A stretch of 64,000 bases of DNA from Candidatus Bathyarchaeum sp. (GTDB lineage Archaea > Thermoproteota > Bathyarchaeia > Bathyarchaeales > Bathyarchaeaceae): positions 13,829 through 77,828 of the forward strand of contig JAOZIB010000026.1 of NCBI GenBank assembly GCA_026014565.1, written 5' to 3'. The notes beneath the pieces are model-generated. The model worked only from the letters and a program-made list of their open reading frames with translations. It made no database searches and was not told the origin of the DNA. This document shows, piece by piece, positions 1-8,392 of this stretch. Made by a program: the position numbers and the translations under genes. The stretch's first letter is position 1. Every line of letters begins with the position of its first letter.

Positions 1-998
1 GCGTTACTCACTGCATCAAAAATGGGAACCCATCCACTGTTTGCTAAATGCAACGAAGAGTATGACTTTATTGGTTCTTTAATCAAATACAAGGCAGGAA
101 CAATGTCTCGGATGTCGCCACCAATTTTTAGCAGACCAAGGTTGAGTCCACGTTTTTTTAATGCTCCAGCAACTCCAGTAACTATGAAGGTTTTACCTGA
201 CCCACTACCAGTTGCTGTCGTAAACAAAAGGACAGGAACTTGTGAAGGCCTTGGCAAGTTTTGTTCAGGATGAAGATTTGTTGATACGCCAATTTCATTG
301 CTAACCGTTTGTATCAATTGTGAATTGGCAGCTTTTATTTCTTGGAAGTCTTCAGATGACAAATCCAATGACTTCATGATGCTGTTAATAATAACAGGGT
401 TTTCATCCAACAAACCGTGAGTTAAAATGCCAACCACATTGCCTTTTTTGTTGCTGAATCCTGACGTAAAATCTTGTGGATTATTTCGGTAATTAAGCCG
501 CTGAATGTGAGAAACAATAATGGGTCTTGCGTTTTTGCCAGGAACGATTTTGCCGTACGTGTGACAGTGAAAACCAGAAACTGTTTCTCCGATGACATCA
601 GTCATGAAACTTTTTCCAATAACAGTAGCTTTCACACGGTCAGTGCAAATCAAGGGCTGAAATTCTACATCAATCAAGCCAAGCCCTTCTCGCATGATGG
701 GGGTAGATGACAAGCGTCCAATGTCGGTTGCATTAGAAAGTATCTGAAAACCTGAACATATACCCAAAACAAACTTATCCGAATCAGCCATTTTAACTAT
801 CTCTTTTTGGAGACGAGAGCTTATGCTTTGAGATTCAACAAGGCTGCCTCCAGGGATTATTAATAAATCAAGAATTTCTGATGCAGGTTTTCCATCAACC
901 ATTGCATCTTCGCGAATTAGGTCAGTTGGTAGGTTTCCGAAGTTTTCAAAGCAAGGTAATGACCCAGAAACATATACTAATCCAATTCGGTGCCGCAA
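1..998 (-). CDS. CobQ/CbiA-family amidotransferase-like protein, partial (3' end runs off the window). A GATase_3-type domain is followed by a P-loop CbiA-like domain.
   Basis: Absent from the ORF track because there is no stop in the window. My minus-strand translation is open from a TTG at 998-996 to position 1. It reads ..RIGLVYVSGSLPCFENFGNLPTDL..LLIIPGGSLVES..FVLGICSGFQIL..SGFHCHTYG.., which is a CobQ-type glutamine amidotransferase pattern with a nucleophile Cys. It continues ..VLLFTTATGSGSGKTFIVTGVAGALKKRGLNLGLLKIGGDIRD, a Walker A / CbiA N-terminus-like segment. The first ATG (MVDGKP) would cut off conserved residues, so the TTG start is a guess. Confidence 0.6.
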   Translation of the reverse strand, partial: MRHRIGLVYVSGSLPCFENFGNLPTDLIREDAMVDGKPASEILDLLIIPGGSLVESQSISSRLQKEIVKMADSDKFVLGICSGFQILSNATDIGRLSSTPIMREGLGLIDVEFQPLICTDRVKATVIGKSFMTDVIGETVSGFHCHTYGKIVPGKNARPIIVSHIQRLNYRNNPQDFTSGFSNKKGNVVGILTHGLLDENPVIINSIMKSLDLSSEDFQEIKAANSQLIQTVSNEIGVSTNLHPEQNLPRPSQVPVLLFTTATGSGSGKTFIVTGVAGALKKRGLNLGLLKIGGDIRDIVPALYLIKEPIKSYSSLHLANSGWVPIFDAVSN

Positions 999-1050
999 GT
1001 TTATCGCCTTTTACGTGTAGGCGAGAAATATGCGAACTCTTATATTTAAG

Positions 1051-1067
1051 TTGGAAGGAGTATCCAT
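1051..1067. promoter_or_regulatory. Operator-like 17-bp inverted repeat TTGGAAGGAGTATCCAT upstream of the hemA-cbiX-cbiC fusion
   Basis: It lies between a TATA-like CTTATATTTA (1038-1047) and the ATG at 1070. It has the same half-sites and spacing as the sites at 22385, 22658 and 29843 (TTGGA-N7-TCCA). Confidence 0.4.
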
Positions 1068-1069
1068 CC

Positions 1070-3430
1070 ATGGAACCGTCTGCTGTTAACAGCCACATCA
1101 TAAACGCAAGGATTACGCACCAAAATTCAGGCATAAGCCTAATTGAAACTGCCGCAGTCAAAGACCTACAAAGAGCCCTAAAGCAGCTTCATGACAATAA
1201 TATCGTTGATGAATGTGTTATACTTCAAACATGTAATCGAACAGAAGCATACATCGTCAGCAAGCACCCAGAAAATGCACCTGAGATTCTAAAAGAAATG
1301 TTACTAGAAAGATGTGAAACAAAAGCAGGAGAAGCAAAAATCGCCATTGAAATTTGTTCAAATCACGACGCTCTAAAACATCTGTTACGTGTTAGTTCAG
1401 GACTAGAATCCATGGTCATAGGGGAAGACCAAATCTTAGGTCAAGTATGGGACGCATACAGGGCAGCAAAGTCTGCAAAAACTGTGGGTCCAGTTCTAAA
1501 AACTGTGTTTACACGAGCAGTTAGTATTGGAAGGCGAGTGAGAAACGAAACAAAAATCAACCGAGGTGCTGTGTCCGTAGGTTCTGTTGCTGTTGAGCTA
1601 GCAGAAACGCTGCTAGGTAGTCTCAATGGAAAAACAGTTTTAATCATGGGCGCAGGAGAAACGGGAACTCTTGTAGCCAAAGCCTTAGCAACATGCGGTC
1701 CCCATGCAATATTCATTGCTAATCGAACATATGAACGGGCAGTAAAGCTTGCGGATGAACTTCAAGGCGAAGTCGTAAAATTTGACAAACTAGAAGATGC
1801 TCTCAAAGATGCCGACGTGGTAATTTGTTCTACTTCTGCACCTCATTATCTGTTGAAAAAGGAACCAGTTTCCAAAATCATGGAACAACGAACCAAAAGA
1901 AAAGAGTTAATGATTATCGATATCTCAAATCCTAGAAACGTAGAAGATTCAGTTCAAGAAATTGACGGAGTTAACCTTTACAACATTGACGACCTTCGAG
2001 GTATATCGAACAAAAACAAAGACAAACGACAAGAAAAGGCAGAAAAGGCTTCAAAAATCGTCCAAGAATCCTTGTTTTTGCTAGAACAAGACCTGAAAGC
2101 CCAGTCAGTAAGCGACATTGTTTCGTTCCTTTTTACTCATGCTGAAGAAATTCGTCAAAGAGAATTAACCAAAGCACAATCCATGTTAGGCGATTTGGAC
2201 CCAAAAAAGAAGGGCGTTATTGACAGTTTAACTTTTGAAATAGTCGAACAAACATTGGTTCCTATCGTGGCAAAATTACGTAACGCAGCGGTCAACGGTG
2301 ACAAACAGATGATAGACGCTGCAACTGAGTTGTTCAAACTAAAACATAAAAACAAGGGTGGAAAAAAATTGAAAAAAACAGTTTTGATTCTTATTGGACA
2401 CGGTAGCAAACTTCCATATAATCGTGAAACTTTAGAGAAACTTGCAGATGTAATCAGAAAAGATTCCAAGTTTGACACAGTGGAAATTGCTTTTATGGTG
2501 AAAAACAAACCAACCATTCCACAAAGCATAGAAAATGCGGTAAAAAATGGTGCCAAAAAAATTGTTTTGATTCCGGCTTTTATTGCCCATGGAGTTCATA
2601 CAAAGGACGAGATTCCTGAAATAATTAAAGCAAAACAAAATGAACTGGGACTGGAAGGCAAAGGAGTGGAAATAATATATGGAGACCCCTTGGGCGCTGA
2701 TGAACGGATAGTAGAAATAATTGAGGATAAAGCTTTGAGTATGCTGGGTCAAGAAACCAATGATGAACAACAGGTTCGAGAAGCCCGTAACCTGAAGGCT
2801 TCAACCAAAATGTACAACACCAGCATAGAAATACTCACCCCCCTCATCAAAGAGGTCATTGAAAATGCTTCAGAAACAGATATTCCTGTAATTGAGCGAG
2901 TGGTTCATACTACTGCAGACCCAGAATTTGCTAAACTTTTAGTCATAAACAAAGATGCCGTAAAAAAGGGTATTGCAGCCATTAAATCGGGAGCAAAAAT
3001 CATAACAGACGTCAAAATGGTTCAAGCAGGAATCAATAAGACCCGGGTTAAACGATTTGGTGGACAGATTCTAACTTATGTTGATGATAAACGTGCCATA
3101 GAAATGGCAAAACAAGAATCGTCCACAAGGTCAGCAGCAGCTATGCGATTAGCAGTAAAAGATGGATTGGATAATTCCGTCATTATTATTGGGAATGCGC
3201 CAACTGCGGCTTTTGAAATTGCCAAAGCAGTAAAACAGGGATTAACTAAACCCGCCTTGATTATTGCAACACCAGTTGGTTATGTAGAGGCTGCTGAATC
3301 GAAAGAAGAAATTGCATCATTACCCATTCCATACATAATAATTCGGGGACCTAAAGGTGGAAGCGCATTAGCAGTCGCGATTTTTAATGCGATACTGGGA
3401 ATGGCAGAGACAGACGCAAACGTAACATAG
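1070..3430 (+). CDS. hemA-cbiX-cbiC: Triple fusion: glutamyl-tRNA reductase (HemA) + small sirohydrochlorin cobaltochelatase (CbiX-S) + cobalt-precorrin-8 methylmutase (CbiC)
   Basis: The track ORF 881..3430 is a single open frame. The likely start is the ATG at 1070 (MEPSAVNSHIIN..), preceded by GGAAGGAG. HemA: ILQTCNRTEAY (catalytic Cys) and VLIMGAGETG (NADPH site). CbiX-S (about 2370-2750): KTVLILIGHGS..LIPAFIAHGVH. CbiC (about 2800-3430): VVHTTADPEF..IIIGNAPTAAFE..ATPVGYVEAAESKE. Confidence 0.85.
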   Translation: MEPSAVNSHIINARITHQNSGISLIETAAVKDLQRALKQLHDNNIVDECVILQTCNRTEAYIVSKHPENAPEILKEMLLERCETKAGEAKIAIEICSNHDALKHLLRVSSGLESMVIGEDQILGQVWDAYRAAKSAKTVGPVLKTVFTRAVSIGRRVRNETKINRGAVSVGSVAVELAETLLGSLNGKTVLIMGAGETGTLVAKALATCGPHAIFIANRTYERAVKLADELQGEVVKFDKLEDALKDADVVICSTSAPHYLLKKEPVSKIMEQRTKRKELMIIDISNPRNVEDSVQEIDGVNLYNIDDLRGISNKNKDKRQEKAEKASKIVQESLFLLEQDLKAQSVSDIVSFLFTHAEEIRQRELTKAQSMLGDLDPKKKGVIDSLTFEIVEQTLVPIVAKLRNAAVNGDKQMIDAATELFKLKHKNKGGKKLKKTVLILIGHGSKLPYNRETLEKLADVIRKDSKFDTVEIAFMVKNKPTIPQSIENAVKNGAKKIVLIPAFIAHGVHTKDEIPEIIKAKQNELGLEGKGVEIIYGDPLGADERIVEIIEDKALSMLGQETNDEQQVREARNLKASTKMYNTSIEILTPLIKEVIENASETDIPVIERVVHTTADPEFAKLLVINKDAVKKGIAAIKSGAKIITDVKMVQAGINKTRVKRFGGQILTYVDDKRAIEMAKQESSTRSAAAMRLAVKDGLDNSVIIIGNAPTAAFEIAKAVKQGLTKPALIIATPVGYVEAAESKEEIASLPIPYIIIRGPKGGSALAVAIFNAILGMAETDANVT

Positions 3431-3447
3431 AATAAAAAGGGTTTGTT

Positions 3448-4533
3448 ATGCGAAGAGTTCTACAATACGGCAACACAACTGGCGCTAATGCTACAGCTGC
3501 CGCAAAAGCTGCCGTAATTACTTTGCTTGATAAACCCGTTGACCACGTAGGCATACCCAGTCCATTAGGGATTCGCTTTGAAATTTTGGTTGAAGAATGT
3601 AAAAAACTCAGTGACGACACAGCCATAGCATACACAATTAAAAACGCGGGAGAAGACATAGACGCAACAGATAAAATCGAAATTTGTGCTGAAGTAAAAC
3701 TAACGGATACAGGCAAAATTAACATAACTGGCGGCAAAGGGGTTGGCATTGTAACCAAACAGGGGTTACCAATTCCCATTGGAGAAGCCGCAATCAATCC
3801 CACTCCAAAAAAAATGATTAAACAAGCCATCAGAGAAGTTTTACCAAAAAATAAAGGCGCCGAAGTAACCATAAGCGTGCCCCAAGGGGAAGTAGTCTCC
3901 AAAAGAACCCAAAACGCAAAACTAGGAATCATAGGCGGAATATCTATTTTAGGCACAACAGGAGTGGTCAGACCTTTATCAATTACAGCATACAGAAGCT
4001 CCATGGTTCCAGCCCTTGAGGTTGCTCTTGCTCAAAAGTATGAACAAATTTTTGTGGTCCCAGGAAACATCGGAGAAAAACTTGCCAAGAAAGTGTTTTC
4101 AGTTCCAGATGATGGGATAGTCCAAACAGGCGATTTCATGGGATACATACTGGAAAAAGCTGTAGAAAAAGGAGCAAAAGATATTGTTGTTTTTGGGCAC
4201 CCAGGAAAGTTAGTTAAACTGGCTGCAGGCATATTTAATACTCATCACAAGATGGGGGATGCCCGAATGGAAGTCATCGCCGCCTATGCGGGAGCTGCTG
4301 GTGCAAGCACAGAGCTTATTCAAAATATTGTTGCTTCAAACACAACCGAACAAACAATAAAGCTTCTTAAACACGCAAACCTTGTTAAACAAACTTTTGA
4401 CCAGATTGCAGAACAAGTTTACGTGCGAGTGTTAGAGAAGACTGAGAACAAAGCTGAAATCAGGGTAGTAATTGTGTCCATGGACGGAACCATTCTGGGA
4501 ACCAGCAAAAACGCAAGGAGTATGATAAAATGA
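3448..4533 (+). CDS. cbiD: Cobalt-precorrin-5B (C1)-methyltransferase CbiD
   Basis: N-terminal GNTTGANATAAAKAAV, GGKGVGIVTK and GGISILGTTG are typical CbiD patterns. It sits in the cbi operon. Confidence 0.88.
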   Translation: MRRVLQYGNTTGANATAAAKAAVITLLDKPVDHVGIPSPLGIRFEILVEECKKLSDDTAIAYTIKNAGEDIDATDKIEICAEVKLTDTGKINITGGKGVGIVTKQGLPIPIGEAAINPTPKKMIKQAIREVLPKNKGAEVTISVPQGEVVSKRTQNAKLGIIGGISILGTTGVVRPLSITAYRSSMVPALEVALAQKYEQIFVVPGNIGEKLAKKVFSVPDDGIVQTGDFMGYILEKAVEKGAKDIVVFGHPGKLVKLAAGIFNTHHKMGDARMEVIAAYAGAAGASTELIQNIVASNTTEQTIKLLKHANLVKQTFDQIAEQVYVRVLEKTENKAEIRVVIVSMDGTILGTSKNARSMIK

Positions 4534-5183
4534 GCAAACTCAAACTAGTTGGAACGGGGCCTGGCTCACCAGAGTATATTACACCAATAGCCAAGAAGCT
4601 AGTAAAAAATGCCGAACTAGTTATAGGTGCAGAACGGTCGTTAGATTTGTTTCAAGATTATATCAAAAGCGAGATTCTTCTTTTGACGGCATCAAACGTA
4701 AAAAGAGCAATCAAACAAGGAGTAAAATTTGCTCAAGACGGAAAAAACGTGGTAATACTTTCAACGGGTGACCCAGGGTTTTCGGGTTTACTACGTACAT
4801 TGGTTAGTGTTGCTGGAAAAGATGCTGATGTAGATATAATTCCAGGAGTTAGTTCAATTCAAGTTTGTGCAGCCCGACTTCGGATGCGTTGGGATACTGC
4901 TGATTTGGTTAGTTTTCACGCAGACATTACCAATGAAAAAAAAGTAGGTATGGTTGACTCATTAAAAAAGGGCAAACCAGTTATTTTGCTTCCTGACCCC
5001 CACAAGTTTACTCCTTGTGATGTTGCAAAGTTCTTAATCGGACACGGAATACCAAAGGAAACTCCTGTTGGTATTTGTGAAAAATTGACCATAAAAAATG
5101 AAAATACAACTACTTCTACGTTGAGTGGAATTTTAGAACAAAAATTTGATCGTTTATGCGTTATGATTGTAGGAACGAAGTGA
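4530..5183 (+). CDS. cbiE: Cobalt-precorrin-7 (C5)-methyltransferase CbiE
   Basis: Tetrapyrrole methylase fold: KLVGTGPGSPEYITP..VVILSTGDPGFSG. ATGA overlap with the cbiD stop. A separate cbiT follows. Confidence 0.82.
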   Translation: MSKLKLVGTGPGSPEYITPIAKKLVKNAELVIGAERSLDLFQDYIKSEILLLTASNVKRAIKQGVKFAQDGKNVVILSTGDPGFSGLLRTLVSVAGKDADVDIIPGVSSIQVCAARLRMRWDTADLVSFHADITNEKKVGMVDSLKKGKPVILLPDPHKFTPCDVAKFLIGHGIPKETPVGICEKLTIKNENTTTSTLSGILEQKFDRLCVMIVGTK

Positions 5184-5205
5184 AAAAGAAGGGGAAGTTT
5201 GCAAC

Positions 5206-5805
5206 ATGGTTGACAATCAAAGTTACAGAATGGGAATTTCAGATTCAGAGTTTATTCAAAGCGACAAGGTTCCAGGTCCTACAAAAGAAGAAATCCGAGT
5301 GATTACCATTTCAAAAGCCCAGTTATTTGAAGGCGCTTATGTGATTGATGTGGGTTGTGGCACGGGAGGATTAACTGTTGAAGCCGCACTGCAAATTAAA
5401 CAGAAAGGAAAAGTCTTTGCCATAGATAAAAAAGATGAAGCAGTTAATTTAACAAAACAAAATGTTGCAAAATTTCAGTTGCAAAATATGGTTGAAGTAA
5501 TCAGGGGAAATGCAGTAGAAGTAATTCCAAAGTTGCCTCAAGCGGACACAATTTTGATAGGAGGCAGTCAGTTGTTAAGAGAAACTATTCAGGCTGCTTA
5601 TGAAAAACTGAAACTGAACGGCAAAGTTGTGATTAATGCAATATTGTTAGAAACAGCAGTTGATGCTGTTGATGAAATCAAGAAGGTTGGCTTCAAAGAT
5701 GTTGATGTTGCTCAGGTTTTTGTTGCTAAAGGGAAACAAGTTCCGTCAGGGACTATGATGTTGGCAAGAAATCCAATCACGATAATATCTGCTAGAAAAA
5801 AGTAA
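5206..5805 (+). CDS. cbiT: Cobalt-precorrin-6B (C15)-methyltransferase, decarboxylating (CbiT)
   Basis: PGPTKEEIR and the SAM-binding motif VIDVGCGTGGLTVEAA. Size of about 200 aa and a position after cbiE. Confidence 0.82.
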   Translation: MVDNQSYRMGISDSEFIQSDKVPGPTKEEIRVITISKAQLFEGAYVIDVGCGTGGLTVEAALQIKQKGKVFAIDKKDEAVNLTKQNVAKFQLQNMVEVIRGNAVEVIPKLPQADTILIGGSQLLRETIQAAYEKLKLNGKVVINAILLETAVDAVDEIKKVGFKDVDVAQVFVAKGKQVPSGTMMLARNPITIISARKK

Positions 5806-5815
5806 GTGAAAAAAA

Positions 5816-6553
5816 ATGATAGAAGGAAAATTTGTTGGAGTGGGTGTGGGTCCAGGTGACCCCGAGTTGATTACTATAAAAGCTGTAAAGGTTTTGAAAA
5901 CTGCAGACATTATAAGTATTCCAAAGGCTCATGAAGATAAGTCTAGTCTTGCTTTGTCGATTGTTAAAGAAGTTTTAGAGGAACGAAAAACTGTTCCTGA
6001 AATTCTGGAGTTAGTTTTTCCCATGATAAACGACAAACAAGAACTCAAAGACGCTTGGAGCGAAAACGCCCAAATTATTGCCCAAAAAGCCAAAATGGGG
6101 AAAACAATTGCCTTCATCACTTTGGGTGACCCCATGTTTTTTAGTACATTCATTTACCTATGCCAAAGAATGAAAGAAGAACACCCAGAAGTCAAACTGG
6201 AAATTATACCAGGGGTTACGTCATTAACTGCGTGTGCAGCAGTTTCTAAGATACCCCTTGCCGAAAAAAGTGAGGTAGTTGCAATCATTCCTTCCAGTGT
6301 TGAATCAGAAAGGATTGGAGAAATTGCCAAACATGCGGACAGCCTAGTTTTGATGAAGGGCGCTAAACGGTTAAAGGAGCTTGTTCCAGTTTTAGAAAAA
6401 TCTGGCTTCAGTAAGAATTCCATAATTACAGTAATACGCAGATGCACCATGCCTGAAGAAACCGTAATTGTTGGAAACATGGATGATGTGAAAAACTGGG
6501 ACATTAATGAGGATTATTTTTCAATTTCAATGATAAAGGAGAACACAAAATGA
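5816..6553 (+). CDS. cbiL: Cobalt-precorrin-2 (C20)-methyltransferase CbiL
   Basis: FVGVGVGPGDPELITIKA..FITLGDPMFFSTF is the CbiL/CobI-type tetrapyrrole methylase pattern. Confidence 0.8.
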   Translation: MIEGKFVGVGVGPGDPELITIKAVKVLKTADIISIPKAHEDKSSLALSIVKEVLEERKTVPEILELVFPMINDKQELKDAWSENAQIIAQKAKMGKTIAFITLGDPMFFSTFIYLCQRMKEEHPEVKLEIIPGVTSLTACAAVSKIPLAEKSEVVAIIPSSVESERIGEIAKHADSLVLMKGAKRLKELVPVLEKSGFSKNSIITVIRRCTMPEETVIVGNMDDVKNWDINEDYFSISMIKENTK

Positions 6554-7323
6554 AACAAGTAATCTTTATTGGTGCAGGTCCAGGAGACCCTGAACTAATC
6601 ACCCTGAAAGGAAAAAAGAACCTAGAAAAAGCAGATGTAGTAATCTATGCGGGTTCGTTATTGAATCCAGAAATTCTTGGTTATGCGAAAAAGGATGTCA
6701 AACTTTATGATAGCGCCAAGATGAATTTGAAGGAAGTTCTTCAAGTTATGGTGGACTCGGTTAGAGAAGGAAAAGTTGTTGCGCGAGTTCACGATGGCGA
6801 CCCAAGCTTTTTTGGTGCCATAACTGAGCAGATGGACTTTTTGGATGAACAGAAAATCGAATATGATGTGATTCCAGGAGTGAGTTGTTTGCAAGGGGGA
6901 GCAGCAGCCTTGAGAAGAGAATTAACGTTGCCCAATATTTCCCAGAGTGTAATAATTACTCGACCCGAGGGTAGAACTCCAGTTCCTGAAAGAGAAAGAA
7001 TCCGAGAATTAGCTAAACATGGAACAACCATGGTCATCTTTTTGGGGATTCAGCACGTGGAAAAGGTCATAGATGAGCTGAAGTCGAGTGGTCGTCCACT
7101 AGATACTCCAGTTTCTGTTGTGTACAGAGCTACTTGGAAACAACAAAAAATAGTTCGAGGCACCATACAAGACATAGTCCAAAAAGTCAAAGATGCAGGT
7201 ATAACACGAACTGCATTGATTTTTGTTGGGGAAGTTTTCAACCCGAAAAGTTACGATTTTTCGAAGCTTTATGACCCAAAGTTTACTACAGGTTACCGTA
7301 AAGGCGAAGATGATGTTTCCTAG
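6550..7323 (+). CDS. cbiF: Cobalt-precorrin-4 (C11)-methyltransferase CbiF
   Basis: VIFIGAGPGDPELITLKG..VIYAGSLLNPEIL..RVHDGDPSFFGA..TRPEGRTP is the classical CbiF/CobM pattern. ATGA overlap with cbiL. Confidence 0.88.
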   Translation: MKQVIFIGAGPGDPELITLKGKKNLEKADVVIYAGSLLNPEILGYAKKDVKLYDSAKMNLKEVLQVMVDSVREGKVVARVHDGDPSFFGAITEQMDFLDEQKIEYDVIPGVSCLQGGAAALRRELTLPNISQSVIITRPEGRTPVPERERIRELAKHGTTMVIFLGIQHVEKVIDELKSSGRPLDTPVSVVYRATWKQQKIVRGTIQDIVQKVKDAGITRTALIFVGEVFNPKSYDFSKLYDPKFTTGYRKGEDDVS

Positions 7324-8392
7324 AGGCGTAGCAATTTTCGCCATTACTAGGCAAGGAGTAGAAACTGCAGCCAAAATACGGAATGCTCTGGAAAAAACTG
7401 GAATAAAATGCCAAGTATATGCAGTTGAAAAGTATGTTAAAAAAAATGTTGTACCCATCAAGAAGACCGGAGATGCAATAAAAGCTGTTTTCAGCGATGT
7501 GGATGGAATTATTGGGGTTATGGCTTCGGGCATAGTTGTAAGAAAAATTGCTCCGCTACTGAAAAGTAAACTATCTGACCCTGCAGTTGTTTGTGTTGAT
7601 ACCTCTGGAAAGTTTGCAATTAGTTTACTTTCTGGACATTATGGGGGCGCCAACAAACTTACAAAACTAGTTGCGGAAGGCTTGGGTTCAACTGCTGTGA
7701 TTACTACTGCTTCTGATGTTTTGGGCAAAAAAAGCATTGATGAACTTGCTAAAGACTTGCACTGCCAAATATTAAATCCGCAGAGTTTGGTTGTAGTTAA
7801 CTCTGCATTAGTTAATGAAGAGAATTTGGGTTTGGTTTTGTCAGGGAACGTTAAGATTTCCTTGGGTCGAATCAGGGATTATGAAGTAAAAAAAGCAGAA
7901 AACATCAACCAAGCAATCAAGATTGTTCAAGATTTTGATGCGGGAGCAATAATTTCATCAGAACAAGTTCCAAAGAACAGTTTGAAGAATGTTACTTTTT
8001 TGAAGCCAAAAACAATCGCTGTTGGGATTGGTTCACGAAAAATTGTCAATGAAAAAGATATTTTGGAGTTAGTGAATTCTGCGTTGATTCAACTGCAGAT
8101 TCCCTTAGAGCGTGTTGATCGGTTGGCTACGGTTGACATAAAAAAGGATTCAGAAAACATGTTAAACGCAGTCAAGAAAATGGGTTTGACTTTAGAGTTC
8201 ATTAGTGTTGGTGAGCTTGGTAAGTTTAGTCATGAAGACCTTTCTGAAGATTCACAGTTAGTTAAAGAAAAAATTGGAGTTGGAGGAGTATGCGAAAGAG
8301 CAGCGTTGATAGTTGCGGGAAAAAATGCAAAACTGTTATTGAAGAAAACCAAAGCAAAAGGCGTGACCGTGGCAGTAGCCGAGGGCGGATAG
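7310..8392 (+). CDS. cbiG: Cobalt-precorrin-5A hydrolase CbiG
   Basis: The track ORF starts at 7223. The likely start is ATG 7310/7313 (MMFPRGVAIFAITRQG), overlapping the cbiF stop. C-terminal GIGSRK..VATVDIKKDS..GVGGVCERAAL is typical of CbiG. Confidence 0.8.
   Translation: MMFPRGVAIFAITRQGVETAAKIRNALEKTGIKCQVYAVEKYVKKNVVPIKKTGDAIKAVFSDVDGIIGVMASGIVVRKIAPLLKSKLSDPAVVCVDTSGKFAISLLSGHYGGANKLTKLVAEGLGSTAVITTASDVLGKKSIDELAKDLHCQILNPQSLVVVNSALVNEENLGLVLSGNVKISLGRIRDYEVKKAENINQAIKIVQDFDAGAIISSEQVPKNSLKNVTFLKPKTIAVGIGSRKIVNEKDILELVNSALIQLQIPLERVDRLATVDIKKDSENMLNAVKKMGLTLEFISVGELGKFSHEDLSEDSQLVKEKIGVGGVCERAALIVAGKNAKLLLKKTKAKGVTVAVAEGG

Noticed and set aside
881-1069. N-terminal 63 codons of the 849-aa track ORF (MQVFHQPLHL...)
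   Set aside because: This stretch is not HemA-like. It overlaps the divergent amidotransferase-like gene and the promoter/operator region. A good ATG with GGAAGGAG lies at 1070, where HemA homology begins.
3384-4004. 206-aa minus-strand ORF antisense to cbiD. Similar long antisense ORFs are 23572..24267 (231 aa), 38392..38982 (196 aa), 12976..13485 (169 aa), 2155..2556 and 7099..7533.
   Set aside because: These are shadow ORFs inside genes with strong family signatures on the other strand. Their translations are low-complexity or hydrophobic with no recognisable motifs.
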